A DNA stretch of 64,000 nucleotides from Candidatus Pyrohabitans jungbluthii (GCA_002010065.2 MTMD02000008.1:192001-256000), one strand, 5' to 3'; positions 20,798 through 31,646 are shown, counted from the first letter of the stretch. Translations and numbers: made by a program. Notes: generated by a model from the letters alone, not told the origin.

Positions 20798-21569
20798 GGT
20801 TGTATTTACACGTAAACCTGAGCTTCGCTCGCCAGTGCTCATCGAAGGCTTGCCCGGCATTGGGCATGTGGGTAAGATAGCAGCCAAGCACATGATACGC
20901 GAGCTTCGCGCAAAGAAGTTCGCTAGGCTCTACTCAGCTACATTCCCACCCCATGTTATTATTAAAAAGACGGGAATGATAGAGGAGATGAAAAACGAGT
21001 TTTATTACTGGCATGCGCAGGAAGAAGGACAACGAGACCTGATTTTCGTCATAGGCAATACTCAGAGCACCTCTCCGGAAGGGCAGTACTTGCTGTGCGA
21101 GAAGATTCTGGATGTGGCGCAGGAGCTTGGCGCTAAGGAGATGTTTACCCTTGGCGGGCTTGGGGTTGGCAGACCGGTAGATAACCCGAAGGTTTTTGGA
21201 GCTGTTAATCACCCCCGCTACATACCCCTGCTGGAGGAGAAGGGCGTTGTAATGAAGCGCGACGGCGTGGGGCAGATTATAGGCGTCTCTGGCATGCTTC
21301 TGAGTCAGGGGAAAAGGCGAGGTATATATGGCGCTTGCTTGATGGGCGAGACCTCTGGCTTCTATGTTGACCCCAACAGTGCGCGTGCAGTGCTTGAAGT
21401 GCTCACCGCGATACTCCAAGTCCCCATAAGCATGGAAAAGCTTGTGAAGCGTGTAAAGGACGCTGCGAGGCGTGTGGAGGAGGCGCAGAGGCTGGAGAGG
21501 AAGATGATGGAGGACATGGGAATAATTCGGCGAGAGCCCAGCGATGAGGTGATGCGCTACATAGGGTAG
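20787..21569 (+). CDS. PAC2-family proteasome assembly chaperone-like protein
   Basis: EGLPGIGHVGK, TLGG, CLMGET.G..VDP, C-terminal YIG. Confidence 0.9.
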   Translation: MQFEVVFTRKPELRSPVLIEGLPGIGHVGKIAAKHMIRELRAKKFARLYSATFPPHVIIKKTGMIEEMKNEFYYWHAQEEGQRDLIFVIGNTQSTSPEGQYLLCEKILDVAQELGAKEMFTLGGLGVGRPVDNPKVFGAVNHPRYIPLLEEKGVVMKRDGVGQIIGVSGMLLSQGKRRGIYGACLMGETSGFYVDPNSARAVLEVLTAILQVPISMEKLVKRVKDAARRVEEAQRLERKMMEDMGIIRREPSDEVMRYIG

Positions 21570-21688
21570 GGCGCCCCCGCTTGGTTTAATGCTGGGTTAA
21601 CTATCGTTGCACAATATATTTTCCCCTTTTCTCTGAATCTGACGAATTCATCTCTTTAAAAAATCTAAACCCAAAAAGTAAAGTCAAT

Positions 21689-22417
21689 TTATATGAGTCT
21701 GACATCAAACTGGCAGTAATTGTCTCCAAGTCCCCAGCATTTTATCTCCTTTACACTGGATTTCCCTATGGTTGCATCCACAAGACCGCCGATAATACCG
21801 GCTTCAAAGTAGCAGATAGCCGAGCCGATATTTGGCATACCGTAGCAGGTTGTACATTCCCGCAGGTCTACCAGGATGTGTTCGTCGTTAATTGGATGAA
21901 CCTTGACAAGTCCTATTCTCAGTTTCTCAAAAATTGGAGCTGCTGATTTCATCATTGTAGCTAGGTCTGAGGTGTCAACGTATTTGCTCAACTCCTCCTT
22001 GGCTATTACCTCCCCCATTTCGTAAAACATATTATCCACAGAATCAACCATTGCGAGGGCGATTTTAAATGTCCTGAAAAAGGTAAGCGGGAATGCATCT
22101 CCCAGTGTTGGTCTTATTTTTGTTTCGTCACCCCTAAGGATTGAATCTATCACAGGACCCTGAGTACTTCTTATATATTCTTTAATTTTATTAATTTTCG
22201 GGGAGATAAACCACAGAGTTACTGGACCTAATTTTCTTTTCTCGATATTTCCAGTAAGTCTTATCATCTCCAGATATTTACTCGTAGTGGTCCTGCTGAC
22301 ATTCAGTTTCTTTGCAATTTCCGATGTGCTCATGCCAGTAGGCGTTGATTCTAGGAGTGTCATCACCTTCTTTCGGATATCAACGTAATCTAATTCTCCA
22401 TTTGGCATGATATACAA
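21689..22417 (-). CDS. Winged-HTH + V4R domain regulator
   Basis: STSEIAKKLNVSRTTTSKYL HTH; EC..C, CYFEAG, E.KCWGLG..YCQF V4R motif; AT-richer than neighbours. Confidence 0.85.
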   Translation of the reverse strand: MYIMPNGELDYVDIRKKVMTLLESTPTGMSTSEIAKKLNVSRTTTSKYLEMIRLTGNIEKRKLGPVTLWFISPKINKIKEYIRSTQGPVIDSILRGDETKIRPTLGDAFPLTFFRTFKIALAMVDSVDNMFYEMGEVIAKEELSKYVDTSDLATMMKSAAPIFEKLRIGLVKVHPINDEHILVDLRECTTCYGMPNIGSAICYFEAGIIGGLVDATIGKSSVKEIKCWGLGDNYCQFDVRLI

Positions 22418-22440
22418 TATCTCCGAAATTTATTTATATA

Positions 22441-22461
22441 AGGTAGGCTTTCTGTCTACCT
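22441..22461. promoter_or_regulatory. Imperfect inverted repeat AGGTAGGC-N5-GTCTACCT abutting the TATA box of the HTH-V4R gene
   Basis: Palindrome directly upstream of TTATATAA on the - strand; candidate operator. Confidence 0.4.
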
Positions 22462-22602
22462 CTTTTCTTTTATTACTGGAGTCTCCATTAATACCCTATC
22501 ACTAGGCCTGCTGTATTCATCGCTATGTTGGGGACACCTAGCTTTATGCTACCAGAAGACCCGCCTGCAAAAGGTTTTTTTACAACCACATAAAAAGAAA
22601 TA

Positions 22603-22854
22603 TTGACCATGTACAAGGATGAGGAGCTTTTGGGGAAGGAGGTTATAGACGCTTCCGGCGAACTTCTGGGCGAGGTGTTAGAGATAACTATGGTGGACGA
22701 CGTGCCCTGCATGCTGGTTGGCGAACGAAAATTTCTCGCCTCAAAGGAGAGGGTGATAAACACCTCAGCAATCAAGGTGCCCTACTACGAGATCGCCTCT
22801 GTAGATGATGTGATAATACTCAACAAGAGCAGAGGTGAGCTTCGTCTTCTCTAG
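22603..22854 (+). CDS. PRC-barrel domain protein
   Basis: LLGKEVIDASGE.LGEV, VPYYEIASVDDVIIL. Confidence 0.85.
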   Translation: MTMYKDEELLGKEVIDASGELLGEVLEITMVDDVPCMLVGERKFLASKERVINTSAIKVPYYEIASVDDVIILNKSRGELRLL

Positions 22855-22985
22855 CGTTTTCTCCTCAGTCTGTCAAGCAGGGCGTGCTTCCTCGCCAGCC
22901 TTCTTGCGTGGTAGGCCAGGTTTATCAGAATCAGTCCCAGTATAAGGGTTAAGAGAAGCTCAATCAGGTACTCCGTAGCCCTCAT
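22851..22985 (-). CDS. 44-aa single-TM protein MRATEYLIELLLTLILGLILINLAYHARRLARKHALLDRLRRKR
   Basis: Hand-translated; ATGA overlap with the Rqc2 stop; hydrophobic helix followed by a basic tail. Confidence 0.6.
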   Translation of the reverse strand: MRATEYLIELLLTLILGLILINLAYHARRLARKHALLDRLRRKR

Positions 22986-24973
22986 CTTTCATCCTCCACT
23001 ATGTCGCTTGTGCCGGGTGGTAAAAACGCCTGAATATCCTCTATTGGTATGCCTTCTATTTTCCCGCGCACCTCTTCGCCCAGCTTCTTGGCAAGCTCCC
23101 TCTTTATGCGCTCCGCAACCTCCTTGCTCTTGCTCCTGCCAGGAGCAAGGAGTACGTACGCATTAGCCCTCGCTCTTATAGCAGAGGGAGGCCCGCCTAT
23201 AACCCGAGGCTCTTCGTTCAGCACCACGCCTATAGCTACGCGCACCTTACCTATGCCATAATTTCGCCTGCCACGAATCACAAATGCACCCTTCGCTACA
23301 TACTCACCGCTCTCAGCGCGCTTGCTAACCTGCTCTGGCTTAACCCAGTAAACCTCAATGCTGGCGATGCCATGCTTCCAGGCACGAGAGTAGCTTGCTG
23401 CGAAGTCAAAGGCTTCCTGAATCGTTGCCTCTGGCACCTCTTTTCCTTCAGTTCTTATAATCACTGCGGGTGCGCCGTGAATGTCGGCGTGCACAAATAT
23501 ATCATCCTTGCCAAGGTGCTTCTTAACAAGCACCTCGTTGCTCACCGCGTCCCTGCCGCCAAGCACCAGAAAGCCGTCGCTGGAGATAAACCACCGGAAC
23601 TTCTCATACCACTCCTTCTTCCTCTTCACCCGCTTCTGTGGCGCCTTAACCTCTGCCTCAAAGGCTTCAACGCCCCGCGCCTTGAACTCGCGTATCTCCT
23701 TAACAGTCTTCAGCACCGCTTCCCTTGCGCTAATCGCCTTGCTTCTGAGCTTCTTGCTCCTCTCATAAAAAAACTCAGCATTCTCGGCGGCGCTCTTCCT
23801 TATATCGAGGGTAACCTCCCTGCCATCGAGGGTAAGCACCACCTCTCCTCGCGATGGGCTGAGCCGCTTTATAAGCTCAGCCTCCTTCACCTTGCCTTTG
23901 CCCTGTTTTATCCTTGCCTCTATCTCCTGCCAGGAGTACTTCTCCCGTGCTCTTCTCAGCACGCTAAGGATGCGCTCCACCTCATTAAAGTGAAGGTAAA
24001 TCGCATCCCCCTTGCTGCGCAGCTCCTTCTCCTCCTGCAGGTACTTCTTTATCGTCTGAGTCTGGGACTTAAGGCGGAAGAGCAGGCGATTGAGCTCCGC
24101 TTTAAACTTCTCCTCCCGTTGCTTTGCTAACCTCTCCACCTCGTGCTTTGTGAAGTACTCGTCCAGCGCTTGGTTAAAGCTCGTGAAGCTCTTTCTCTCG
24201 TGCTGGGCGTAGATTTTCAGAGGCACGGGTGTGAGGTCTATCGCAACGCCATCCTCAAAAACAATCTCAGGCTTCTCCACACCAACCTTTGCTCTCAGCT
24301 CTTCAAGCGCTGCCTTAACTCTAGAAGCTTCTTCAGCGCCTATCTGCTTGGCATTCTTATCAACGCCTGCGCGGAGGCAGGTTTCTTCTGCATACAGTCC
24401 GCCCAAACCTAAATCTCTGGCAAGAGCGCGCACCAGGTCGCCCTTAGATTCGCTAACCACCCTCGCTATCTCCTCAGCGCTAAGCTCAAAGGGGTTTGCC
24501 CTCGCAGGCGGGAGTTGGTATTTCGCCCTGCCAACAAGCTCACGCGTAGAGTATCGCTTAGGCAGCATCACGGCGAGGATCTCATAGCTATCGTTTGTCA
24601 GTATAACATTTCCCTTGCCGAAAAGCTCAGCGATGAGGTTGTACCTCTCGCGATTTCTGCCCGTGAAGCTGAGAATTACTATCCTATCGAAGCCTACCTG
24701 CTCAATCTCCTCAAGTATCGCATTGCCAAGATGCTTGCGCAGTGCCATGGCGAACATCGATGGTTGCTGCGGTGCTGGCCTCGGGTAAGCGGTTAGGTGA
24801 ATCCTCTTTCCTGCCTCTATCACCAGGTCCTCCCTTCCTTTACCTCTAACGTTGAGGGTTATTCTCAGCTCACTCGGGGTGGGTTGAAAAACTTTATTAA
24901 CCCTGGCACCTATTATCTCCTGAAGTTCCCTGACTGCAGCCAGAATATCGAAGCTGCTCATACTGGTCTTCAT
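22982..24973 (-). CDS. rqcH: Ribosome quality-control factor Rqc2/NEMF (NFACT family)
   Basis: MSSFDI, MALRKHL, FDRIV, ELFGKGN, WYEKFRWF, GGRDA..NE, HADIHGAP, GAFVIRG; GGTGA SD before ATG 24973. Confidence 0.93.
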   Translation of the reverse strand: MKTSMSSFDILAAVRELQEIIGARVNKVFQPTPSELRITLNVRGKGREDLVIEAGKRIHLTAYPRPAPQQPSMFAMALRKHLGNAILEEIEQVGFDRIVILSFTGRNRERYNLIAELFGKGNVILTNDSYEILAVMLPKRYSTRELVGRAKYQLPPARANPFELSAEEIARVVSESKGDLVRALARDLGLGGLYAEETCLRAGVDKNAKQIGAEEASRVKAALEELRAKVGVEKPEIVFEDGVAIDLTPVPLKIYAQHERKSFTSFNQALDEYFTKHEVERLAKQREEKFKAELNRLLFRLKSQTQTIKKYLQEEKELRSKGDAIYLHFNEVERILSVLRRAREKYSWQEIEARIKQGKGKVKEAELIKRLSPSRGEVVLTLDGREVTLDIRKSAAENAEFFYERSKKLRSKAISAREAVLKTVKEIREFKARGVEAFEAEVKAPQKRVKRKKEWYEKFRWFISSDGFLVLGGRDAVSNEVLVKKHLGKDDIFVHADIHGAPAVIIRTEGKEVPEATIQEAFDFAASYSRAWKHGIASIEVYWVKPEQVSKRAESGEYVAKGAFVIRGRRNYGIGKVRVAIGVVLNEEPRVIGGPPSAIRARANAYVLLAPGRSKSKEVAERIKRELAKKLGEEVRGKIEGIPIEDIQAFLPPGTSDIVEDER

Positions 24974-24994
24974 ATCACCACCGGAGGAAATACA

Positions 24995-25276
24995 ATGGAA
25001 CGTGAGATAGAGCGAAAGGTGAGTCTTATCCACGCTTTGGTGGGCGCGGTCGTAGGTGTAGCCTCGCCCTTCCTATTCACCAGAACATTAACCTTTGTCT
25101 CAGTAATTATTGTAGGCTTTTTGCTCGCTTACCCGCTATATATTCTAACCCGCAAAATATTCAACCTATCAGAGAAGGAGTTCACCCTGAAAGACTGGGC
25201 AGGTAAGGGTTTCCTCTACTTCTTTGCTGCCTGGATTCTGGTATGGACTATAGCATACAACTTTATAATTGCCTAA
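24995..25276 (+). CDS. Small archaeal 3-TM membrane protein (EMC6-like / DUF5379-type)
   Basis: Three hydrophobic segments, KDW..KG...F..W...WT..YN; GGAGG SD. Confidence 0.7.
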   Translation: MEREIERKVSLIHALVGAVVGVASPFLFTRTLTFVSVIIVGFLLAYPLYILTRKIFNLSEKEFTLKDWAGKGFLYFFAAWILVWTIAYNFIIA

Positions 25277-25316
25277 AATAAGAAAACTGAGAAAAACAGA
25301 AAAAAAGGGCGGAGGC

Positions 25317-25634
25317 TCAGCCGAAGAGCGCTCCCAGTCCCTCGAGAGCCTCCTCTTCGCTGGGCTCTTCCTCTTTCTCTTCTTCCTTCTCCTCTGCAGG
25401 GGCGGCTTCCTCCGCAGCAGGCGCCGCAGCAGCCGCAGGTGCTGCAGCTACAGGCGCAACCGCAGCCTGCTTAATAGCCTCGTCTATGTCGATGCCCTCA
25501 AGGGCAGCGACGAGAGCTTTGACCCGAGCCTCGTCAACGCTTATCTTCGAGGCTTCGAGCACCGCCTTGACGTTCTCCTCATTTATCTCCTGCCCTGCAG
25601 CATGGAGAAGCATGGCAGCGTAAACATACTCCAT
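25317..25634 (-). CDS. rpl12: 50S ribosomal stalk protein L12 (aP1)
   Basis: [11 protein letters not shown], Ala/Glu-rich hinge, GLGALFG. Confidence 0.97.
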   Translation of the reverse strand: MEYVYAAMLLHAAGQEINEENVKAVLEASKISVDEARVKALVAALEGIDIDEAIKQAAVAPVAAAPAAAAAPAAEEAAPAEEKEEEKEEEPSEEEALEGLGALFG

Positions 25635-25647
25635 TTCTTCACCTCCA

Positions 25648-26670
25648 TTATCCGAACAGTGCTCCTAACCCTGCCGCAGCCTCCTCTTCGCTCGGCTCCT
25701 CTTCCTTCTCTTCCTCTGCCTCTGGTTGTGGCTCCTCCTTCGCTGGTTCTTCGCTTGGTGGCGCTGCAGCTTGGGTTGCGCTGAGCGCTTGCCTCAGCTC
25801 ATCGTCAAGGGCTGAATCGCTGAGCTTAGACGCCAAGGATAACATCTGCAAGTGGGCTTTCGCAAGAAGCTTGTCCACCACATCAGGCTCTGGTATCGCT
25901 GCTTCGAGCGCAAGAGCGAGCGCTTCGCGGTACGCTTTGGCGATTGCAAGAGGTGCCGTTTCCTTGGTGAGGAAGCCAGAGTTAACGCTCAGATTGACAG
26001 CCTGCTGGTACGCAAGAGCAAGCTTCGCCTTTATCTCCTCTTCGTCTACCCTAAGCACATCCGGCAGAAAAACTGTACCAGCCTCGTAAGCTGCGATGAG
26101 GTCAAGGCCAACCTCCATAGGCTCTATACCAAGGCGGCTCAGTATGTTCGCCAGCTTGGCATCTATCACATCGCCCGCCTTGGCTACGACAGCGTCCTTC
26201 TTAACAGCGATCTTACCACCCTTTATCTCCGTCTGTATTCCCAGCGCCTGTAGCTCGCCCAGCAGCGGGCCAGGAGCAAAGGGGGTCTCACCCTTGGGTA
26301 CTACAATATCGCGGGGAGCGATGCTGTTGGGTTTAGCAGGAGCGGGGACCTTGTTCTCCTCCAGTATCTTGTACAGCTTGAACGGGTTGATCTTGGAGAA
26401 TATAAACGCCGGCTGACCGCGGAGCATATCTTTTAAGCCCTCGAGGCTCTTCTCCTCCTTTGCAGCCTTCTCAATCGCATGGCGCATTATGGACTTCTTC
26501 GACATTTTGATGAGCACATCTCCGCGAAGCTTGGCGCGCATCTTCTGCAGCGTCCTCGCGGGGATGTTCTCCATGTTCACTATTCCTACGACTGGATAAT
26601 CCTGTATAAGCTTTGCAAGCTCTTCAACCTTTTCCAGCTTCCACTTAGCCACAGCACCCGAAGCCCGCAT
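25648..26670 (-). CDS. rplP0: 50S ribosomal protein L10 (aP0)
   Basis: WK..VEEL, LQKMR, T.F.PGP, C-terminal GLGALFG. Confidence 0.97.
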   Translation of the reverse strand: MRASGAVAKWKLEKVEELAKLIQDYPVVGIVNMENIPARTLQKMRAKLRGDVLIKMSKKSIMRHAIEKAAKEEKSLEGLKDMLRGQPAFIFSKINPFKLYKILEENKVPAPAKPNSIAPRDIVVPKGETPFAPGPLLGELQALGIQTEIKGGKIAVKKDAVVAKAGDVIDAKLANILSRLGIEPMEVGLDLIAAYEAGTVFLPDVLRVDEEEIKAKLALAYQQAVNLSVNSGFLTKETAPLAIAKAYREALALALEAAIPEPDVVDKLLAKAHLQMLSLASKLSDSALDDELRQALSATQAAAPPSEEPAKEEPQPEAEEEKEEEPSEEEAAAGLGALFG

Positions 26671-26673
26671 CTC

Positions 26674-27321
26674 TTAAACCTCCACCCGTACGCTCGGCCC
26701 CATGGTAGTCTTGATGTACACACTCTTTATATTACCCATACCCTTGTCCAGCTTTCTCTCCAGATGCGAGAGCACTGCCTCAACATTCTGGGCAACATCA
26801 TCGTCGCTCATATCCTCGCTTCCTACTGCTACATGTATCACCGGCTTATCCTTGGTGCGGAGCCTCACTGTGCGCCTCAGGCGCTCCACTATTGGCGCGA
26901 TAGGCGCATTCGGGGGCACAGGCTTGGGCATCTTGCCTCGAGGACCAAGCACAGGGCCAAGAAATCTACCTATGAGAGGCATCAAATCTGTCTGGGCGAT
27001 AAAGAAGTCAATATCGTTAGCAATCTTTTTCGCTTTCTTCTTATCCTTTGCAAGCTCTTCAAGCTCCTCCTTGGTTATCACCATATCAGCATGCTCCTTC
27101 GCGGCGAGAGCAAGCTCGTCGCCCGCGATAATCGCAACCTTAACATGCTTACCTCTGCCCTTCGGCAGAACAACCTCCTCGTTGAGGCGGTTCTCTGGCT
27201 TAGACATATCTATGTCGCGGAGATTTATCGCCAGGTCAAAGCTCTGGGTAAAGTTGCGCTTTTTCGAGGCTTTTCTGGCCTCTCCTACAGCTTTCACAAT
27301 TTTTTCTGTAGTGACCGCCAT
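26674..27321 (-). CDS. rpl1: 50S ribosomal protein L1
   Basis: [22 protein letters not shown]. Confidence 0.97.
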   Translation of the reverse strand: MAVTTEKIVKAVGEARKASKKRNFTQSFDLAINLRDIDMSKPENRLNEEVVLPKGRGKHVKVAIIAGDELALAAKEHADMVITKEELEELAKDKKKAKKIANDIDFFIAQTDLMPLIGRFLGPVLGPRGKMPKPVPPNAPIAPIVERLRRTVRLRTKDKPVIHVAVGSEDMSDDDVAQNVEAVLSHLERKLDKGMGNIKSVYIKTTMGPSVRVEV

Positions 27322-27325
27322 TTTT

Positions 27326-27805
27326 TCACCCCTCGAACTTATCGTCGTACTTGCCTTCGTCTATCTCTCGCTGGACTTCCTTCGCAGGCTTGCCTTCGAC
27401 AGTTACCCCCATGGAAACGCAGGTGCCAAGAACTTCCTTGGTCGCTGCCTTGAGGTCTGCGGCGAGCATTCCATCGCGCTTCATCCTTGCTATTTTAATC
27501 GCCTGCTCTATGCTTAGGTTGCCCACTATGCTTGTCTTTGCATCGCTTGAGCCCTTCTCTATGCCGAGTTCTTTAATTATCAGCGCACTCGTCGGCGGAG
27601 TGCCAACCTCGATCTCGAAGGCTTTTGTCTTGGGGTCTACAATGACCTTAACCGGTACCTTCATGCCAGCGAAGTCCTTTGTCTTCTCGTTAATCGCAGC
27701 TACCACTGCGGAGATGTTAACTCCAAGCGGGCCAAGCGCAGGTCCAAGAGGTGGACCCGGTGATGCCTTGCCGCCCTCAACGAGACTCTCAACCACCTGT
27801 TTCAC
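27326..27805 (-). CDS. rpl11: 50S ribosomal protein L11
   Basis: [32 protein letters not shown]. Confidence 0.97.
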   Translation of the reverse strand: MKQVVESLVEGGKASPGPPLGPALGPLGVNISAVVAAINEKTKDFAGMKVPVKVIVDPKTKAFEIEVGTPPTSALIIKELGIEKGSSDAKTSIVGNLSIEQAIKIARMKRDGMLAADLKAATKEVLGTCVSMGVTVEGKPAKEVQREIDEGKYDDKFEG

Positions 27806-28268
27806 TTTCCGACGCCTCCTTTCTAATCACCTTGATGCTCTCGCCCTTCACCGTGACAGGTATAGGCACAGTAGCTTCAAAAAGCTCTACTGTGATTTCC
27901 TCCTTCTTCAGGTCAACCCTCACAACGCGCGCTTTTTCACCCTTGAAGGGGCCACTTATAAGCTCAACTATGTCACCTTGCTCAACCTTGGTTACCATGG
28001 GTTTGGGCTCAAAGAACCGCTCGATGTCCGCTATGGGAATCTCACCCGGGACAATGCCCTTGTTGTGAGCAACACCGCGCAACGCCTTCTCTATCTCCGT
28101 CTTATCCTTTGCCTCCACGAGGATGTAGCCTCTTATGTCATGGGGTACAAGTACAGCGTAAACCTCAAAGCCCTCCTTCTCTATTCTGGCGCTCATCATA
28201 TCTGCTACGTTTCTCTCCTGCCCTATGGTTGTGCGAACCGCGTAAATTTTAGAATCCATGACCTTCAC
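27789..28268 (-). CDS. spt5: Transcription elongation factor Spt5 (NusG homologue)
   Basis: [33 protein letters not shown]. Confidence 0.96.
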   Translation of the reverse strand: MKVMDSKIYAVRTTIGQERNVADMMSARIEKEGFEVYAVLVPHDIRGYILVEAKDKTEIEKALRGVAHNKGIVPGEIPIADIERFFEPKPMVTKVEQGDIVELISGPFKGEKARVVRVDLKKEEITVELFEATVPIPVTVKGESIKVIRKEASESETGG

Positions 28269-28346
28269 CGAGTTAAAAATTTAAAAACAGGCTTAGGTAG
28301 TCTGAGCCTTTATTCTATATAAACTTTTTGCCTAACGGATTCAAAC

Positions 28347-28550
28347 TTACTTGATGATGGAGCTGGCGAGATGTATGGAAAGGCGTATGAAGAAAGCCAC
28401 TGCGCCGATGAGAATCATGCCCGCGCCCGTGACCTTGGCAACACTCAGGTACTCACTTTTGCGTGGTTTCCGCGAGAGCTTTATAACGCGGTTCCACTCC
28501 TTTATCTTCTCGTTCAACCTAAACTTCTGAACCACTGCAATCTGCACCAT
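28347..28550 (-). CDS. secE: Protein translocase subunit SecE (Sec61-gamma)
   Basis: [11 protein letters not shown], one TM; lies between ftsZ and spt5. Confidence 0.92.
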   Translation of the reverse strand: MVQIAVVQKFRLNEKIKEWNRVIKLSRKPRKSEYLSVAKVTGAGMILIGAVAFFIRLSIHLASSIIK

Positions 28551-28555
28551 TTAAA

Positions 28556-29677
28556 TCAGTCCAGGAAGTCTATTCCTAGCTTTGATTTCAGGTCTTCCTT
28601 CTCCTCCTCGACAAAACTCTCCTCTGAGCCGAGTATCTGCTTTGATCGCACCCCGGTTACAACTAGCATAACGCGAAGCACGCCTTTGAGGTCGTCCTCT
28701 ATCTGCGCGCCCCATATTATATTGGCTCTAGGATCGAGGCGTTCCGAGACGACCTGCACCACCTGCTGTGCCTCCGCCAGCGTTAAATCTTCGCCGCCAA
28801 CCACGTTGATAAGCGCGCCCTTTGCACCGGTTATATCCACGTTGAGCAGTGGGCTGTTTATAGCCTTCTCTATGGCTTCGACCGCCCTGTTCTCAGTATC
28901 GCTCTCACCCATGCCTATCATGGCAACGCCGCCACCCTCCATGACCGCTCGCACGTCCGCGAAGTCCAGGTTTATCAGGCCAGGCTTTGTGATCAACTCT
29001 GCAATGCCTTTAACGGCACGCACAAGTATCTCGTCCGCCACTTTAAAGGCAGCCGGCAGAGGAAGGTTGGGGGCTATCTCTAGGAGCTTGTCGTTGGGGA
29101 TGACTATCACTGTGTCCGTCTCCCTGCGCAGCTTCTCAAGCCCCATCTCGGCGTTGCTTCTCCTGCGCATACCCTCCATGGCGAAGGGGAAGGTGACTAT
29201 AGCCACGGTAAGCGCTCCAAGCTTCTGGGAGATGTTGGCTATTACAGGGGCGCTTCCTGTACCTGTGCCACCTCCCAACCCGCAGGTTATGAACACGATG
29301 TCGGCGCCCTCGAGCATCTCCTTAATCTCTTGCTCGCTTTCTTTAGCTGCCTCCTCTCCAATCTGAGGCACTGAGCCTGCGCCCAAGCCGCCTGTGAGCT
29401 CCTTGCCTATGAGCAGCTTCCTGTGCGCCCTTGTATGAAGCAGGTCCTGAGCGTCCGTGTTTATGGCTACTGTTTCCGCCCCCTCTATACCAACCTCCAT
29501 AAGGCGAGTCATGGTGTTGTTTCCTGCTCCCCCTGTACCTACAACTACAATCCTCGCCTTGGTCTGTGATAGGATGTTCTGCAACTCATCGTCTATCCCG
29601 GTTCCTCCTGTGACAGGCATATTGTTACGAGAAACTTCACCAGCCCTCTTTATGGCTTCCTCAATGATGCTGTCCAA
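28556..29677 (-). CDS. ftsZ: Cell division protein FtsZ
   Basis: [22 protein letters not shown] tubulin signature, INLDFADV. Confidence 0.98.
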   Translation of the reverse strand: MDSIIEEAIKRAGEVSRNNMPVTGGTGIDDELQNILSQTKARIVVVGTGGAGNNTMTRLMEVGIEGAETVAINTDAQDLLHTRAHRKLLIGKELTGGLGAGSVPQIGEEAAKESEQEIKEMLEGADIVFITCGLGGGTGTGSAPVIANISQKLGALTVAIVTFPFAMEGMRRRSNAEMGLEKLRRETDTVIVIPNDKLLEIAPNLPLPAAFKVADEILVRAVKGIAELITKPGLINLDFADVRAVMEGGGVAMIGMGESDTENRAVEAIEKAINSPLLNVDITGAKGALINVVGGEDLTLAEAQQVVQVVSERLDPRANIIWGAQIEDDLKGVLRVMLVVTGVRSKQILGSEESFVEEEKEDLKSKLGIDFLD

Positions 29678-29706
29678 AGCGATTCCTCCTGCTGGTTTAT
29701 GAATGG

Positions 29707-30975
29707 CTATCGCCGGTATTTAAACGTTTTCCTTATCACCTCAAGAGTTCGTTGCTCTGCTATGGGTATGCGGATTTCCCTCCTGGAAAGCACCATCTCG
29801 GGCGTTATCTTTTGTTCGCCTAAAACCACGCTCTCTCCTCGGCTCAGCTTTGCATACTCCGGGCCAGGACGCAGCCCAAGCTGCGCTGCCTTAGCCGGGT
29901 CGAAGGCGGCATAGGTAAGCACCAGCTCATTACCATTAAAGACAAGCTCGCCTCTGGCTGAGAGAATATCCACGCACGCATTTACAACCGCTTCGCTTAC
30001 ATCTCGCCCTGAAAGCAGCTTCTCCAGCCTGCCACTTTCGTCACGCTCTGCAACCACTCCCAGCGAATTGAACATCTCCTTTACTCGCTTTGAGTTGAGC
30101 TTTTCTGCTGCCCTCACCAAGCCAAGGTCAACGCTAATAATAGAGTAACTTTCAGCAGGCTTCTCAAGTTCGCGCCTGCGTCTCACCTCTATGCCCAGTC
30201 TTTTGGCAAACGCCAGAGCTTTCTCCCGCTCCTCACGCTTCATCCCCTTCCAGTCGAGGTAGACGAAGCCCGCGCCGCTCTTCTCCACCGCCTGTTCAAA
30301 AACCTCAAAGCTGAGCTCAGGTATCGCATAGCTGGGTATGATGTGTCCCACTGCATATCGCGTCTCGAGCGCAACCTCGGTGTGGCGCGGAGCATAGTGC
30401 GTCCCTCCTATGCCCACGCACGCTTCAAAGCTCTGCTCGCACTGCGCCGCTTTAAGCGCCGCTCTAGCGACGGCGCGCACCGCACGCGTATCGCGCCACT
30501 CTCTCTCAGTGGAGCCAACCTCCACGAAAAGCACAGGCTTCGAAAGCTGCGTAGGCCCATGATGTGTCGCCTCAAATGAGACCTCATACTCGAGGTTGAG
30601 CTCCCGCTTTGCGCGCTCAAGCTCCTGAAGCGCAACCTTCATTGCGCTGGGGTTTGCATATGCAAGCGTCTCGGGCTTGCCCCCCACCTTCGCTTCCTTG
30701 CCAAGATTGCCAGTGACGTGCACAGTAAGCGTCTTACGCTCTGCTTGAGCCTTGTGGCGGGTGGCAAACACGTAGTACTCCGCCTCAGGGAAGTGCTCGT
30801 CCAAGTGCTCCGCTTCGGTTTGCCTTCGCTCGGTTGCCACAGCGATAATTTCGCCCTTCTTCAGCAGGGGCATGCCCTCAAATTCGCCCACCTGCGAGAA
30901 GCCCAGCTCCTCGTGGAGCACCTTGAATATATTCATGCCAGCGATGTCGTGCTGCGAGGTAACGATCACACGCAT
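29707..30975 (-). CDS. dtdA: D-aminoacyl-tRNA deacylase (DTD2) with C-terminal extension
   Basis: D.AG.NI, TRH, LTVH.TGN, EATHHGP, FVEVGS, GGTHY, GHIIP. Confidence 0.92.
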   Translation of the reverse strand: MRVIVTSQHDIAGMNIFKVLHEELGFSQVGEFEGMPLLKKGEIIAVATERRQTEAEHLDEHFPEAEYYVFATRHKAQAERKTLTVHVTGNLGKEAKVGGKPETLAYANPSAMKVALQELERAKRELNLEYEVSFEATHHGPTQLSKPVLFVEVGSTEREWRDTRAVRAVARAALKAAQCEQSFEACVGIGGTHYAPRHTEVALETRYAVGHIIPSYAIPELSFEVFEQAVEKSGAGFVYLDWKGMKREEREKALAFAKRLGIEVRRRRELEKPAESYSIISVDLGLVRAAEKLNSKRVKEMFNSLGVVAERDESGRLEKLLSGRDVSEAVVNACVDILSARGELVFNGNELVLTYAAFDPAKAAQLGLRPGPEYAKLSRGESVVLGEQKITPEMVLSRREIRIPIAEQRTLEVIRKTFKYRR

Positions 30976-31550
30976 AGGCTAGCCACCACCCTTTCGAGGT
31001 CTCCTAGGCTGTGAAGCACAAAGTCGGCTTTGTTCAAGTATGCCGAGGAGAATTTATTGTCGAGCAGAGCTATTTTAACTCCCGCACTTCTCGCCGCGAG
31101 GTAGTCAAAGGCGTGGTCTCCCACCGCCAAAGCTTGCTCCGGGCTCACTCCGAGAAGCTTAAGAGCAAGCAAGAACTGCGCCGGCGAGGGCTTGGGCTCA
31201 GCATCCTCGCGGGTTACCACGGCATCGAAGGCAAGGCAATAGCGCTCTGCAACTATCTCCCACGCTTGCCTGCAGTTCCTCGTAGCCAGGGCGAGGGCAA
31301 TTCCACGGGAGCGCAGGCTTTGCATAACCTCCTTTACGCCAGGCTTAAGCTCTGCCCGCTTGGCGGCGCTAACCTCGTACTCTACAACTTTTGCGAGCGC
31401 TTCTTTTCTTTTCTCCGGCGCAAGGGTGTCTATCATCTCCAGGAGAGGCTGCTCAGCGTCGAAGCCAAAAATCTCCCTCTTGATGCGCTTTATATCCAGG
31501 TTAAAATCCACCAGTGTGCCGTCGAGGTCGAAGATAACGGCGCGAAGCAT
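30966..31550 (-). CDS. HAD-superfamily hydrolase
   Basis: FDLDGTL, TRN, KPSP, VGD..FD. Confidence 0.92.
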   Translation of the reverse strand: MLRAVIFDLDGTLVDFNLDIKRIKREIFGFDAEQPLLEMIDTLAPEKRKEALAKVVEYEVSAAKRAELKPGVKEVMQSLRSRGIALALATRNCRQAWEIVAERYCLAFDAVVTREDAEPKPSPAQFLLALKLLGVSPEQALAVGDHAFDYLAARSAGVKIALLDNKFSSAYLNKADFVLHSLGDLERVVASLCV

Positions 31551-31646
31551 GCGTAGATGGGGATTTTTAACCTAAGCAAATTTCAGAGCGCAGCGAAGGG
31601 GATACAAACATATAAATTTGTAAGAATAACCAAAGGCTTGAGCGGT

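Noticed and set aside
25317-25760. Similar sequence at the ends of rpl12 and rplP0
   Set aside because: Known shared acidic C-terminal tail of stalk proteins
26479-29366. Long + strand ORFs (271-331 aa) opposite rpl1/rpl11/spt5/ftsZ
   Set aside because: Antisense shadows of conserved genes with Ser-rich, non-protein-like composition
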